NCBI GenBank assembly: GCA_963844835.1
Contig: CAWJPT010000007.1
Coordinates: 396,251 to 460,250 of the forward strand
DNA: 64,000 nucleotides
DNA from: an uncultured bacterium
Lineage (GTDB): Bacteria; Actinomycetota; Acidimicrobiia; Spongiisociales; UBA5794
Reading direction: 5' to 3'
Part shown: positions 26,314 to 37,210 of the stretch, piece by piece
Layout: each line of letters opens with the position of its first letter
Numbering within the stretch: position 1 is the stretch's first letter
Made by a program: the position numbers and the translations under genes
The notes under the pieces: model-generated
Database searches by the model: none
Told to the model about the DNA's origin: nothing
What the model saw: the letters and a program-made list of their open reading frames with translations, nothing else

Positions 26314-28062
26314 TTGCGGGTCGCCACCAAACAACAGCGCGTCCTAGTGCTGATCACGGCTTGCCTGGCCGCCGGCGGGCTGATGATGGTCGCCTTCGGT
26401 TCTCCGAGCCCTCCAATCGTCCTCGTCAATGCTGCCTGTGTTGCCACCGCTTTCGCTGCGGTAACGACCCGGATACGTGAGCCCGATCATGCGGCAGCGA
26501 TCGCTGAGGTTTCTCACGAGCTACGTACGCCACTGACCGGGATCCTGGGCACACTGGAACTACTCACCGACTCGACCATCCCTCTCGAACCGTCCGAGGT
26601 CGACGAGTTGTTGATCGCGGCGCACGGGGACGCCAATCATCTACTCAATATCGTCGGCAACCTCCATGCCCGGTCACGGCTCGATCGAGCCATCCTCACC
26701 CCGGAAGTGGTGCCCACCGATATCAGAGCGCTCATCAGCAAAGCCGTGGCTCGCTCACCTCAGGTTGCGCGACGCTGCTACATCGCAGGCGGCGCACCTG
26801 CCGTCGCATCCGGCGATCCGCAACTGATCATGCAGATCGCAACAAATCTCGTCCAGAACATCGAACGGTACGCACCCGTCGGCGACGTGAGAATCGACTT
26901 CGATTGCATCGGAGACCAGCTAACGGCCTTCTTCCGCGATTCGGGCCCAGGAGTGCCCGCCCACCGGTCCGATCAGATATTCGATGTGTCCGCCAGCAGC
27001 GAGGGGCTCGGATTGGGTCTCTCACTCAGTCGTCAGCTGGCGCGGGCAATGGGGGGAGATCTGGCATGTGACAATCCCGGCGTAGCCGGGGCCGTATTCG
27101 CATTGCGGATCCCGGCAAGCAACACGGACATCGCCCCGGATGAGGTCGTGTCCGTCCTCCCTGAGGAGCGCTACCAGGCGCACGCGCCGCGGGCGCGTCT
27201 GCTGATCGACCTCGCTGAGGCCCTCAACGGCCAGTCGCTGGGACGAGTCGTCGGAGGCATAGCCAAGATCTATCAAGAGTTGCTGGGGGCGACCGGTGCC
27301 ATGCTCTTCGTTCCGCGCCGCGACGGGAGCTTCCACTCTGCTTGCTGCCACCGCGAGCGTGTCGAGATAGCTGCCACGCAGGCTCGAGACCTCGAGGAAG
27401 TCCTGATCAGTGGGCAAACCAAAGAGGTCCACGACGTCAGCAACACCGCCATCGGATCGCACACCGAGATCGGTGGCACCGCGGCACTGCTGCTGCCCGT
27501 CCATGACGGGACCAGGGTCGTTGCCGTTCTCGCCGTCGCGTGGAAGAGCCCGGATCAGATTCCAAGCGGGGCGCCCGTACAGGTCGCCGAGGCACTCGCC
27601 GAACTGACCGCGTCTGCAATCGCCCGGACTGCCCTCACCCGCGACATAGTGTTCGAGCGGCGATTGCGGGCATCGGTGATGAACGAGCTCCCCATTGCAG
27701 TCTCCATCTTCGCCGGTGATCCCCCACAGGTAGTCGACTGGAACTCGAAGGAGCGGGAACTGCTCGGGCTCGCTGATGATGGCGGCAGGCCGAGCGATCT
27801 GGTGTCGAGCCAGGATCAGTTCGACGTCCAATTCATCGACGGCACCAAGCTGACTCTGGACAACGCACCCGTGACCATTGCGATTCGCACCGGCGAGGCC
27901 ACCGGCCCGTTCCTGTTGCGCATCAAGCGTGTCGACGGCAGTTGGATTCACACCCGCACGTATTGTGCGCCGTTCTTCGACACCGAAGGCAAGGTCGCCG
28001 GAGCGGTAGTCACCTCCGAGCCCCTCGACCTCAGTCTCGAGACGGGTGTCTCGACGACCTGA
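26314..28062 (+). CDS. sensor histidine kinase with N-terminal HisKA/HATPase core followed by GAF and PAS domains
   Basis: H-box SHELRTPLTGILG near residue 65, the N/G boxes (NLVQNIERY, DSGPGV, GLGLGLSLS), then a GAF-like region and a PAS-like C-terminus. The start codon is TTG. Confidence 0.75.
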   Translation: MRVATKQQRVLVLITACLAAGGLMMVAFGSPSPPIVLVNAACVATAFAAVTTRIREPDHAAAIAEVSHELRTPLTGILGTLELLTDSTIPLEPSEVDELLIAAHGDANHLLNIVGNLHARSRLDRAILTPEVVPTDIRALISKAVARSPQVARRCYIAGGAPAVASGDPQLIMQIATNLVQNIERYAPVGDVRIDFDCIGDQLTAFFRDSGPGVPAHRSDQIFDVSASSEGLGLGLSLSRQLARAMGGDLACDNPGVAGAVFALRIPASNTDIAPDEVVSVLPEERYQAHAPRARLLIDLAEALNGQSLGRVVGGIAKIYQELLGATGAMLFVPRRDGSFHSACCHRERVEIAATQARDLEEVLISGQTKEVHDVSNTAIGSHTEIGGTAALLLPVHDGTRVVAVLAVAWKSPDQIPSGAPVQVAEALAELTASAIARTALTRDIVFERRLRASVMNELPIAVSIFAGDPPQVVDWNSKERELLGLADDGGRPSDLVSSQDQFDVQFIDGTKLTLDNAPVTIAIRTGEATGPFLLRIKRVDGSWIHTRTYCAPFFDTEGKVAGAVVTSEPLDLSLETGVSTT

Positions 28063-28120
28063 TCCGTCGACGATGGGACCCGATGCGCTTGCGCCCTGTT
28101 GGGTCGGTTAACCTCATTCC

Positions 28121-28642
28121 ATGGCGACTCTCGTACTCACAGCAATCGGCGACGATCACGCAGGATTAGTGCGCGCCCTGTCCGGCGTCATTGCAGACCA
28201 CAACGGAAACTGGGAGACGAGCCGCATGGCTCATCTCGCCGGCAAGTTCGCAGGAATCGTGATGGTAACGGTGCCGGACAACCAGGTCGACAGCCTGATC
28301 TCCGATCTCGGGCCACTCGAGCAACAGGGGCTTCTGGAGGTCGCGGCCGAGCTCTCGTCCCCGGCGATACGAGACGAGGGAAACACCCGGCTCACCCTCG
28401 AGGTGGTCGGCGTCGACCGCCCGGGAATCGTGCGCGATGTGTCCGATGTGCTCGCCCGCCAGATGGTGAACATCGAAGAGCTGGAGACCGAGACAGTCAG
28501 CGCCCCGATGGACGGCGGCGAGATATTCAGGGCACGGGCAACGCTTTCACTGCCCAATGCGATCTCGATCGACTACCTCACCGAGGCGCTCGAGGACCTC
28601 GCCGGCCAACTGATGGTCGACATCGAGCTGGAAACGGACTGA
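28121..28642 (+). CDS. tandem ACT domain protein (glycine cleavage system regulator GcvR-like)
   Basis: Two ACT-like repeats (LVLTAIGDDHAGLVRALSGVIADHNGN and LTLEVVGVDRPGIVRDVSDVLARQMVNI), 173 aa. Confidence 0.65.
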   Translation: MATLVLTAIGDDHAGLVRALSGVIADHNGNWETSRMAHLAGKFAGIVMVTVPDNQVDSLISDLGPLEQQGLLEVAAELSSPAIRDEGNTRLTLEVVGVDRPGIVRDVSDVLARQMVNIEELETETVSAPMDGGEIFRARATLSLPNAISIDYLTEALEDLAGQLMVDIELETD

Positions 28643-28671
28643 TCCGACCGCTCTGCCACGGCCGATCCGGC

Positions 28672-31347
28672 TCAGCTTGCGGCCATGCGACGCAGCACCA
28701 TGTGCAGGATCCCCCCGTTGCGTAGGTATTCGATCTCGACAGGTGAGTCTGCCCGACACTGTGCAGTGAATTCCACAACAGAACCGTCCGCGGCGGTGGC
28801 ACGAACCTGCACCGGCTGCCGGGGCTGGAGATCGTCATCGATGTCGATATCGAACGTCTCGGTGCCGTCTAGCCCGAGGGTGTCGGCGTTCTCGTTCTCG
28901 GGGAACGTCAACGGCAGCACACCCATCATCACCAGATTGGAACGGTGGATGCGCTCGTAGCTCGACGCGATCACAGCCTTGATCCCGAGCTGGAATGTGC
29001 CCTTGGCCGCCCAGTCACGCGAGCTGCCCATGCCGTAGTCGATACCGGCCAACACGACCAGCGGGACACCGGCGTCCTTGTAGTCCAGGCTCGCCTCGTA
29101 GACGCTCTTGACCTCACCATCGGTGAAATCGGTCGTGTAACCACCCTCGGTCCCGGGCGCTATCTGGTTGCGGATGCGCACGTTGGCAAACGTGCCGCGG
29201 GTCATGACCCGGTCGTTGCCACGACGGGACCCGTAGCTGTTGAACAGCCTTCGCTCCACACCGTTCTCCAGCAGGAACCGGCCTGCAGGTGAATCCGGGG
29301 AAATGGCACCCGCCGGGCTGATGTGGTCGGTCGTGATCGAGTCACCCAGCTTGAGCAGCACCCTGGCACCACGGATCGGCTGCAGCGGCGCAACCTCGGG
29401 AGAGAGGTCCATGAAGAACGGAGGCTCCTGGACATACGTACTGGCGGGGTTCCACCGGTACAGAGCCTCGTCGTCCGACTGGATTGCCCTCCACTCCTCT
29501 GACCCCTCGAACACACCGGAGTATTCGTGGGCAAACTGACCAGCGGTGACGTCCCTGGTGACGATCTCCTCGATCTCGGCCTGAGTCGGCCAGATGTCCG
29601 ACAAGTACACGTCTTCACCGGATGGGCCTTGCCCTATCGGATCGGAGGTCAGGTCGATATCAACGGTGCCGGCAATGGCATAGGCAACGACGAGTGGCGG
29701 CGAGGCCAGGTAGTTGGCCCGCACATCCGGTGAGATTCGCCCCTCGAAGTTGCGGTTGCCGGAGAGCACGGATGTGACAACGAGATCGTGCTCATTGATG
29801 GCGGCACTGATGGGATCTGGCAACGGGCCTGAGTTGCCGATACAGGTGGTACAGCCGTAGCCGACGAGGTAGAAGCCGAGCGCTTCGAGGTCATCCATGA
29901 GACCGGACTTCGTCAGGTAGTCGGTGACTACCTTCGACCCGGGTGCCAGCGAAGTCTTCACCCACGGCTTCCTGGTCAGCCCGAGGGCGCGTGCCTTACG
30001 CGCCACGAGACCGGCGCCGACCATGACATCGGGGTTCGATGTGTTCGTGCAGCTGGTAATGGCGGCGATGACGACATCGCCGTCGCCGAGGTCAAACGTC
30101 GTCTCGTCGTATTGCACGGGCACGGCACCCGAAGCCGCGACCCCCTCCCTGCGAAGCTTGTCGACGTCGTCGGACCATTGGGTCTTCATGTCGTTGAGGT
30201 CGATCCGGTCCTGGGGTCGCTTGGGGCCCGCCAGCGATGCGGTAACCGTCGACATGTCCAGCTCGAGATCCGAGGTGTACACAATGTCCCGGTTGTCGTC
30301 ACGCCAAAGCCCCTGCATCTTGCAGTACTGCTCCACGGTCTCGATCGCCGCTTGATCGCGTCCGGTGAGACGCAAGTAGGCCAGCGTTTGATCATCCACC
30401 GGGAAGAACCCCATTGTCGCCCCGTACTCGGGGGCCATGTTGGCGATTGTGGCGCGATTGGCGATTGGCATGTCGGCAAGCCCGGGACCGTGGAACTCGA
30501 CGAACTTCCCAACCACACCATGCTCTCGCAGCATCTGCACTACGCGCAGCACGAGATCCGTTGCGGTGACACCATCCCGGAGCTTTCCGGTCAGCCTGAA
30601 GCCGACGACCTCCGGCAGAAGCATGTAGATGGGCTGACCGACCATGGCGGCCTCTGCTTCGATGCCACCGACACCCCAGCCGAGCACACCGAGACCGTTG
30701 ATCATCGTTGTGTGCGAGTCCGTGCCCACGAGCGAATCCGGGTACAGCTCGGCGCCGCCATCCCAAACCACCTTGGCGAGGTACTCGAGGTTCACCTGAT
30801 GGACGATCCCCGTCGCGGGTGGAACCACGCGGAAGTTCTCGAAGGCCGACTTGCCCCACTTGAGAAATTCATAGCGCTCGTGGTTGCGCTCGAACTCCCG
30901 CTCACTGTTGATCTGCAGCGCCATTCCTGAGTTGAACGCGTCGACCTGCACAGAGTGATCGATAACGAGATCGACGGGAATGAGCGGATTGACCTTCTGC
31001 GCATCGATCTCGTTCCCGGTCATTCGCACCACCGCCGAGCGCATCGCAGCAAGATCGACGACCGCCGGCACCCCCGTGAAGTCCTGCAGCACGACCCGAG
31101 CAGGCTTGAATGCAATCTCGGTGTCTTCGACTTTGCCGGCGTCGTATTGGGCAAGCGCCTTCACATCCTTGTCGGTGACGGTCACACCGTCGTGACCTCG
31201 CAGTGCTGCCTCGAGCAACACCTTTATCGAATATGGGAGGCTGTCGATATCGCCCATGTCTCGCAGCGCGTCGAGACGGTAGACGGTACGGGAGCCCACC
31301 GGGGTGCTGATGGTCTCATTGGTGCCGAAGGGATCATGGGTGCTCAT
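28672..31347 (-). CDS. acnA: aconitate hydratase AcnA
   Basis: Intact 891-aa ORF with aconitase family motifs ([38 protein letters not shown]). Confidence 0.95.
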   Translation of the reverse strand: MSTHDPFGTNETISTPVGSRTVYRLDALRDMGDIDSLPYSIKVLLEAALRGHDGVTVTDKDVKALAQYDAGKVEDTEIAFKPARVVLQDFTGVPAVVDLAAMRSAVVRMTGNEIDAQKVNPLIPVDLVIDHSVQVDAFNSGMALQINSEREFERNHERYEFLKWGKSAFENFRVVPPATGIVHQVNLEYLAKVVWDGGAELYPDSLVGTDSHTTMINGLGVLGWGVGGIEAEAAMVGQPIYMLLPEVVGFRLTGKLRDGVTATDLVLRVVQMLREHGVVGKFVEFHGPGLADMPIANRATIANMAPEYGATMGFFPVDDQTLAYLRLTGRDQAAIETVEQYCKMQGLWRDDNRDIVYTSDLELDMSTVTASLAGPKRPQDRIDLNDMKTQWSDDVDKLRREGVAASGAVPVQYDETTFDLGDGDVVIAAITSCTNTSNPDVMVGAGLVARKARALGLTRKPWVKTSLAPGSKVVTDYLTKSGLMDDLEALGFYLVGYGCTTCIGNSGPLPDPISAAINEHDLVVTSVLSGNRNFEGRISPDVRANYLASPPLVVAYAIAGTVDIDLTSDPIGQGPSGEDVYLSDIWPTQAEIEEIVTRDVTAGQFAHEYSGVFEGSEEWRAIQSDDEALYRWNPASTYVQEPPFFMDLSPEVAPLQPIRGARVLLKLGDSITTDHISPAGAISPDSPAGRFLLENGVERRLFNSYGSRRGNDRVMTRGTFANVRIRNQIAPGTEGGYTTDFTDGEVKSVYEASLDYKDAGVPLVVLAGIDYGMGSSRDWAAKGTFQLGIKAVIASSYERIHRSNLVMMGVLPLTFPENENADTLGLDGTETFDIDIDDDLQPRQPVQVRATAADGSVVEFTAQCRADSPVEIEYLRNGGILHMVLRRMAAS

Positions 31348-31556
31348 CGAGTCGGTCCTCCTGGTGGTGTTTCCCTACACATTTCCCACAATACAGACGC
31401 CTTACACATCGAAATGGCCACCAAGAAGCGCCAGAGGTAATGAACAGTGCAAGAAGAGCCTTTCTTGCGGGTCATCGCTCCCCCGCAACTGGTGCTCGCT
31501 CTCTCACTCTCGAGCATGAAAGCATGGATCGCGATCAGAACTAACCTCGACGGTGC

Positions 31557-32138
31557 ATGATGGACAAGGGCAAGAACAGATGGGTCACCTGGCTGACCCT
31601 CGGCGGAATCTTCATCGTCGCGGCTGCGATAACCGTTGTCATCGGCACCAGGCAATCCTCAACCGAGACCACCTTTCCGGACCTCGGCGACATTGCCGAG
31701 GCCGATCCCAATCTCCCGAACATGTCTGAGCCTGCTCCCACGTTCTCGCTGCCAACGCTCGACGGCTCCACATTCGATCTGGCGGACCACATCGCAAGCG
31801 ACGGCCGCCCCATCGTGCTCAACCTCTGGGCATCGTGGTGCCCCCCTTGTCGGGCGGAGATGCCGGAGATCAACCAGGCCGCGGCGCAACACCCCGAGGT
31901 TGCGTTTGTCGGTGTTGCCATCATGGATGCGGAAGCCGACGCATCCGCATTCGCCAGGCAGATCGGTGTCACCTACACGATCGCAGTCGATGATGGGAGC
32001 GTTGACGACGCCTATCCCGTTCTGGGGCTCCCCGCTACTTTCTTCATCGCCAGCGACGGGACCCTGGTCAAGACCCATGTCGGCCCGGTCACTGTCGAAT
32101 CCCTCGATAGTGATATTGCGGAGCTGTTCGGCCCCTAA
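31557..32138 (+). CDS. TlpA/ResA family thiol-disulfide oxidoreductase (membrane-anchored thioredoxin-like)
   Basis: N-terminal TM segment and the redox motif WASWCPPCRAEMP. Confidence 0.8.
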   Translation: MMDKGKNRWVTWLTLGGIFIVAAAITVVIGTRQSSTETTFPDLGDIAEADPNLPNMSEPAPTFSLPTLDGSTFDLADHIASDGRPIVLNLWASWCPPCRAEMPEINQAAAQHPEVAFVGVAIMDAEADASAFARQIGVTYTIAVDDGSVDDAYPVLGLPATFFIASDGTLVKTHVGPVTVESLDSDIAELFGP

Positions 32139-32902
32139 CGCCCACGCCACTCCGGCGGGCGCTTCTCCAGGAAGGCACCGATCCCTTCGACAGCATCATC
32201 GGTCATCGCCACCGCGGTCAATCCGGTGTGGAGGTAATCGAGCGCCGCATCTAATGACATATCCTCGGCCGCGTAGAAGGCATCCTTGCCCATCGCCAAT
32301 ACCGCAGGCGAGGCCGAGATCAGACTGGCCACCGTCTCGTCGACGACATCGTCGAGCCGATCCCGCGTCACGACCCGGGATACCAGACCGAGCCTCATCG
32401 CCTCGTCCGCATTGATGCGCCTGCCGGTCGCCATCAACTCGAAAGCCGCTCTGCGCGGCATCGATCTCTGCAAGACGGCAGTGATCATCATGGGCCAGAG
32501 ACCGACCCTGACCTCGGGGGCGCCGAACGTCGCATCCTCAACCGCGATCACGATGTCACAGGCGGCGGCGACACCGAGACCGCCGGCGAGGGCATGCCCG
32601 TTGACCCGGGCAATCACCGGCTTTCCACATCTCCTGATCGCACGGAACAGATCGGCAAGGGCACCGCGAGCAACGTGGTCGGTGAGGGGCTCGTCTACGA
32701 AGCCACCGCTGAGATCGCCCCCTGCGGAGAATGCCCTCTTCCCGGCTCCGGTGACGATGATCACCCGAATAGAGTCGTCGGCGCCCGCTTCGCCGATCCG
32801 CCGCGACAGCTCGGCCATCGTCTCCAGCGACATCGGATTACGACGTTCCGGATCATCGATGGTGAGGATCACCACCCCTTTACGTGACTCATACCTCAGC
32901 AC
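32135..32902 (-). CDS. enoyl-CoA hydratase/isomerase family protein
   Basis: 255 aa with the crotonase fold pattern (VIIVTGAGKRAFSAGGDL, ARVNGHALAGGLGVAAACD). Confidence 0.8.
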   Translation of the reverse strand: MLRYESRKGVVILTIDDPERRNPMSLETMAELSRRIGEAGADDSIRVIIVTGAGKRAFSAGGDLSGGFVDEPLTDHVARGALADLFRAIRRCGKPVIARVNGHALAGGLGVAAACDIVIAVEDATFGAPEVRVGLWPMMITAVLQRSMPRRAAFELMATGRRINADEAMRLGLVSRVVTRDRLDDVVDETVASLISASPAVLAMGKDAFYAAEDMSLDAALDYLHTGLTAVAMTDDAVEGIGAFLEKRPPEWRGR

Positions 32903-32961
32903 CGTTGCCCTCCAATCGAGGCCAGGCGAGGATACCTGCGCGGGTCGGCTAACGTCGCCTC

Positions 32962-33537
32962 ATGATTTGGCTCTTCGCCGTCATCGGAGTCTCCGTCGCG
33001 GTGTCGCTGCTGCGGGGAGGCAAACTCAGCAACATCTCCGAGATATATGCCCGCGGCTGGTGGTGGTTGCTCGTTGGCCTCGGCATGCAGCAAGTCGCCA
33101 ACTTCATCGGCACGGATCAGCGTCAGCTGGCGGTGTGGCTCGTGTTGCTCTCGTTCCTGCCCCTCATGCTCGTCGTGATGCTGAACCAGCGTCTGCCGGG
33201 CATGTGGATCGTCGGTATCGGGATTCTGATGAACCTGACCGTGATCGCCCTCAACAATGGGATGCCGGTGCTCATCGAGGCCTTCGAACTGGCAGGCGGC
33301 AGCTCGAGCGCCCTCCACCTCGACGCCAAGCACGTCGCACTCGACAGCGGCTCACGGTTTCCCTTCCTCGCCGACATCATCCCGATGCCGGGATCCGTCA
33401 TCTCGATGGGGGACGTCCTTCTGGCCGTTGGACTCGGGGTGTTCGTCGAAGATCAGCTTCGCCAGCCGGTCCGCTTGTTCCGCCACCGGGTCCACGGACA
33501 ACCCGGATCCGCCGCGGACAAGCGCGGCGAGGTTTGA
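32962..33537 (+). CDS. DUF5317-like small polytopic membrane protein
   Basis: 191 aa with four to five hydrophobic helices, N-terminus MIWLFAVIGVSVAVSLLRGGKLSNI and the central motif NLTVIALNNGMPV. The family assignment is from memory of the pattern, not from a search. Confidence 0.5.
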   Translation: MIWLFAVIGVSVAVSLLRGGKLSNISEIYARGWWWLLVGLGMQQVANFIGTDQRQLAVWLVLLSFLPLMLVVMLNQRLPGMWIVGIGILMNLTVIALNNGMPVLIEAFELAGGSSSALHLDAKHVALDSGSRFPFLADIIPMPGSVISMGDVLLAVGLGVFVEDQLRQPVRLFRHRVHGQPGSAADKRGEV

Positions 33538-33543
33538 GCTTCC

Positions 33544-34821
33544 CTACTTGTCGAGCTCACCCCGGAACTCGAGGACCCGACGTAGCGAGCTGGTCACCTT
33601 GGGATCGAACTCGTAGGCCGAGCCCTTGTGCAGCTGCTCGAGCGCGAGGATCGGTGACATGCGGCTCTCGTGAACGAACTGGTCGTAGGCGCTGACCACC
33701 TTGATGATCTTCGAGGCATCCGACACTTGCGGGTCGATCTCCTGACCCGGAGAGCGGTACGGTAGATACTGGTCACCAACGATCTGGGAGACCTCGCCGA
33801 GATGAGGAGCCTCCGAGATGATCTGCGATCCCCACCGGGCGATGTCGACATCGGTGTAGCCGGCACGCAGAATGGCCGGCTCGTTCAGTGTGATCCTGCC
33901 GATGTCGTGCATGTACCCCGCATACTCGAGATCCTGCACTTCGTCGGGGTGCATCCCCATCTCCCTACCGATGGCGGCGGCGAGCCGCCCGGTCCGCACT
34001 GCATGACCCGACGGTGTGAGCCCGGCCACCTCGGGGATCTGCGATAGCGCCTGAATGGTCTGGCCGTACGTCACCTTGGTGCCGTTGTAGCGCTCCAGTG
34101 CTTGGTGGGTGAAGAAGTACGGGGCCGCCGCAACGAGGATTGCGGTCCAGCCAAGCGCCGAGTATGCGATTCCTACCATCGTGCCGCTCAGCAGCAACAC
34201 CGTTATGGCCGACCAGTCCTCCAATCCGGCGAGCAGGAGAAAGCGGGGCGAGAAATCAGCCCGCTCCAATCCGATGAGCGACCGAACACTGGCGCGGAAC
34301 CCGTGATAAACGATCCCGCCCATGATCACGCAGATGACCGCAACATAACCCTCGCTCTGGGCGACGTTGGAGAAGTGAAACGCGGAGATCCCGAGCACCG
34401 TTGAGACCAGATGGTACGTGCCTCCAAAACCGAGGATGGCAACTACTTCGGCGAGATACTCGGAATTGAGCCAGGTGCGGTCCAGCGGGCGATACACGAG
34501 GTAGATGAGCCATGCGAGAGTGAGCGAAGACGTGTAGATGGCGGCGGCGACAACCGCATCATTGACGGCAAACGGCACCGCGGCGGCTGCCGCGACTCCG
34601 AGATAAACCCGATTGCCGCTCAGCGCCGGCACATGGAGCATCAGTGACACGGTCATCAGGCCTGTGCCCACGATCACGGGCCGCGGGTCGGACCGCACCA
34701 TGTAGACGAGAATCGCGGCGGAGATCGCCAGCGCCACCAACACCATCATCGCCATCCGGTTGAGGCGCGTTCGAGGCACACGCTGTTCCTCGACCTCGCT
34801 GACGGTTGGTATCCAGTTCAC
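33544..34821 (-). CDS. membrane-anchored HD-domain protein (degenerate HD-GYP-like)
   Basis: About 250 aa of TM helices, then HAVRTGRLAAAIG...YAGYMHDIGRITL (H...HD). The region where HHE...GYP is expected reads IVGDQYLPYRSPG. The distal part is KIIKVVSAYDQFV. Confidence 0.65.
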   Translation of the reverse strand: MNWIPTVSEVEEQRVPRTRLNRMAMMVLVALAISAAILVYMVRSDPRPVIVGTGLMTVSLMLHVPALSGNRVYLGVAAAAAVPFAVNDAVVAAAIYTSSLTLAWLIYLVYRPLDRTWLNSEYLAEVVAILGFGGTYHLVSTVLGISAFHFSNVAQSEGYVAVICVIMGGIVYHGFRASVRSLIGLERADFSPRFLLLAGLEDWSAITVLLLSGTMVGIAYSALGWTAILVAAAPYFFTHQALERYNGTKVTYGQTIQALSQIPEVAGLTPSGHAVRTGRLAAAIGREMGMHPDEVQDLEYAGYMHDIGRITLNEPAILRAGYTDVDIARWGSQIISEAPHLGEVSQIVGDQYLPYRSPGQEIDPQVSDASKIIKVVSAYDQFVHESRMSPILALEQLHKGSAYEFDPKVTSSLRRVLEFRGELDK

Positions 34822-34957
34822 CGATGGCTCCGACGACTATTTCTACCAGAGAGCGTTACGTTATCCACAGGCCGTCACGGAAGCAAGGAAACAAATACCG
34901 TACCCTGCGTCGCTAGTGTGCACGCGAGTAGTGCGAGCACGAGGAAGGCTTTCGCAA

Positions 34958-35584
34958 GTGTTCGATAACGAGGAATTCGAAGAGACAATCGTCCAGCTCG
35001 ACTCCGTCGAGGCTGCTCGGGTTGTCCGAAAGGGCGGGAAGATCGTCGAACTCCACGTGCTGGCGGCGCCTCTGAAGTCGCCGAAGCAGGTCTCGCGGGA
35101 CATCCAGTCGCTAGCCATGGCGCGCTTCGGAGTGAACATCGATCGACGAGTGATCTCGGTTGTCCAGCTGAACGCCGACAACTTCAAGGAGCGCAAGACC
35201 ACTCGGCCGAGACTCATGCGCATCAAGGAGAGCACGGACAACACCCGGGCAACGCTCACTGTCACCCTGGGATGGGAGAACACCGAGTTCGTCGGCACTG
35301 CCAGCGGGCCCGACGGACCATCGGCTCGGCTGCGTCTCGTCGGCGAGGCGACACTGCACTCGATGGAATCGATCTTCTCCGAGACACCTCCGCTTGCCCT
35401 CGACGCGATCGGACCCGCAAACGTCGGCATGCGCACGGTCCTGATCGCAGTCATCGTCTTCGCCAGCAAGGACGGTGAAGAATTGGTCGTCGGCTCAGCA
35501 CTGTCGCACGGGGACGACGACGAAGCCGCGGTCAAGGCAGTCCTCGACGCCCTGAATCGTCGGTTGCCAGCAGTCGCCTCGTGA
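34958..35584 (+). CDS. hypothetical protein (conserved-looking, function unknown)
   Basis: GTG 34958 is preceded by GAGGAAGG. Its stop overlaps the ggt-family GTG start as GTGA. Coding-like composition, with no recognisable motif. Confidence 0.5.
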   Translation: MFDNEEFEETIVQLDSVEAARVVRKGGKIVELHVLAAPLKSPKQVSRDIQSLAMARFGVNIDRRVISVVQLNADNFKERKTTRPRLMRIKESTDNTRATLTVTLGWENTEFVGTASGPDGPSARLRLVGEATLHSMESIFSETPPLALDAIGPANVGMRTVLIAVIVFASKDGEELVVGSALSHGDDDEAAVKAVLDALNRRLPAVAS

Positions 35585-37210
35585 ACTTGCCGCTGCGGCC
35601 GGCGGATGCTTCGCTGACCTCGTCCGGTCGGAACGCCGTAGTGACGCCTCACTATCTGGCTACGCAGGCAGGGATGAAGGTGCTCGAGACAGGCGGCAAT
35701 GCCGTAGATGCAGCTATCGCCGCAAACGCCACGCTCGGTGTCGTTGCTCCCGAGACGTGCGGTGTTGGTGGTGATCTGTTTGCCATCGTGCATCAGCCCG
35801 GACTGGCGCGCCCCGCAGCGCTCAACGCTTCCGGGTGCGCCGGCAGCGGAGCGACGTCTGCCACCATCCGCGCCACCGGGCTCGAGCGCATTCCGATCGA
35901 GAGCGGATTTGCGGTCACCGTCCCCGGTTGTGTCGACGGCTGGCTGGCTCTGAGCGATCGATTCGGCACTCGTGCCCTTGCGGATCTCCTCGAGCCCGGC
36001 AATCGAGATGGCCGCAAACGGCTTCTCGGCGTCGGTGGAGCTCGCATCCGCCCTCGGCAGGCTCGCGACACAACTCGCCCCGCAGGCGGCCGCTGCAGGC
36101 CTCTACGTCGATGGATCACCACCACAGCCCGGTGATCGGGTACGACGTCCCGGTCTTGCCACCACCCTGGCCGCCATCGCCGGCTCGGGCCGTGACGGCG
36201 TTCTACGCGGGAAAGCCGCCGATGCCATCGTCGGTGCAACCGGCGGCGCGCTCACCCAGCAGGACCTCGACTCCTGCCGGTCCGAGTGGGTCGAGCCGAT
36301 CTCAGCCGAGATCATGGGTTGGACCGGCTGGACCATACCCCCGAATTCTCAGGGCTACCTCACATTGGCGGCAGCGTGGTTGTTCGAGCAGCTGAGCCCC
36401 ACGAGGGATCCGGAGCACCCTGAATTCACCCACGCTGCCATCGAGGCATACAGAGCCGTCGCCTGGGAGCGGGATCGGTTCGTCTCCGATGCACGATTCT
36501 CCCCGATCGACCCGGACCAACTACTCGCCCCGGAGCGTCTGGCCGGCAAACTGGAGGAGATCGATCTCACCGGGCGAGCGCAATGGCCGACCCCGCGTCC
36601 GGCACCGGGCGGCACCGCATACCTCTGTGCCTGGGACGAGTGGGGAACCGGAGTCTCCCTCATCCAGTCGAACTATCACGGAATCGGCTCCCGGATCGGT
36701 GCCGGGGACGCAGGGTTCTTCCTCCATGATCGCGGCTCCGGCTTCAATCTCATCCCGGGTCACCCCAACGAGATCGCACCGGGAAAGCGCCCCATGCACA
36801 CGCTGTCACCAACGTTGTGGACCGAATCGGGCAATCTGCGGATGCTCCTCGGCACTCGTGGAGGTGACTTCCAGCCGCAAACACTGCTGCAGATGCTCAC
36901 CTACATGCGCTGGGCGGGCCTGAGCCCTCGCCGTGCGCAACTCCAACCCCGGTGGGCTACCGGGGAGTGGCGAGACGATCCCGGTGCTGCCGTCGCCGTC
37001 GAGCCGCACCTCGATACCGCCACGATCAGGAGTCTGCGCGGATACGGCCACGCGCCCGACCCAACACAGAGCTGGATGCCGGGATGGGGCCCCGTTTCGG
37101 TGATAACCATCGACGGAGATGACATCATCGGCGCCGCCGATCCACGGGTCGCCACCACCGCGGCGATGCCCGCCTCGACCGAAACCGATCAAGCGTCACG
37201 ACTCAGCTGA
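35581..37210 (+). CDS. gamma-glutamyltransferase family protein (one frame break near 35995)
   Basis: The N-terminal part is ORF 35581..36135 (VVTPHYLATQAGMKVLETGGNAVDAAIAANATLGVVAPETCGVGGD). It continues in ORF 35972..37210 (PAIEMAANGF...GGTAYLCAWDEWG...KRPMHTLSPT), with a Thr nucleophile context. Confidence 0.85.
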
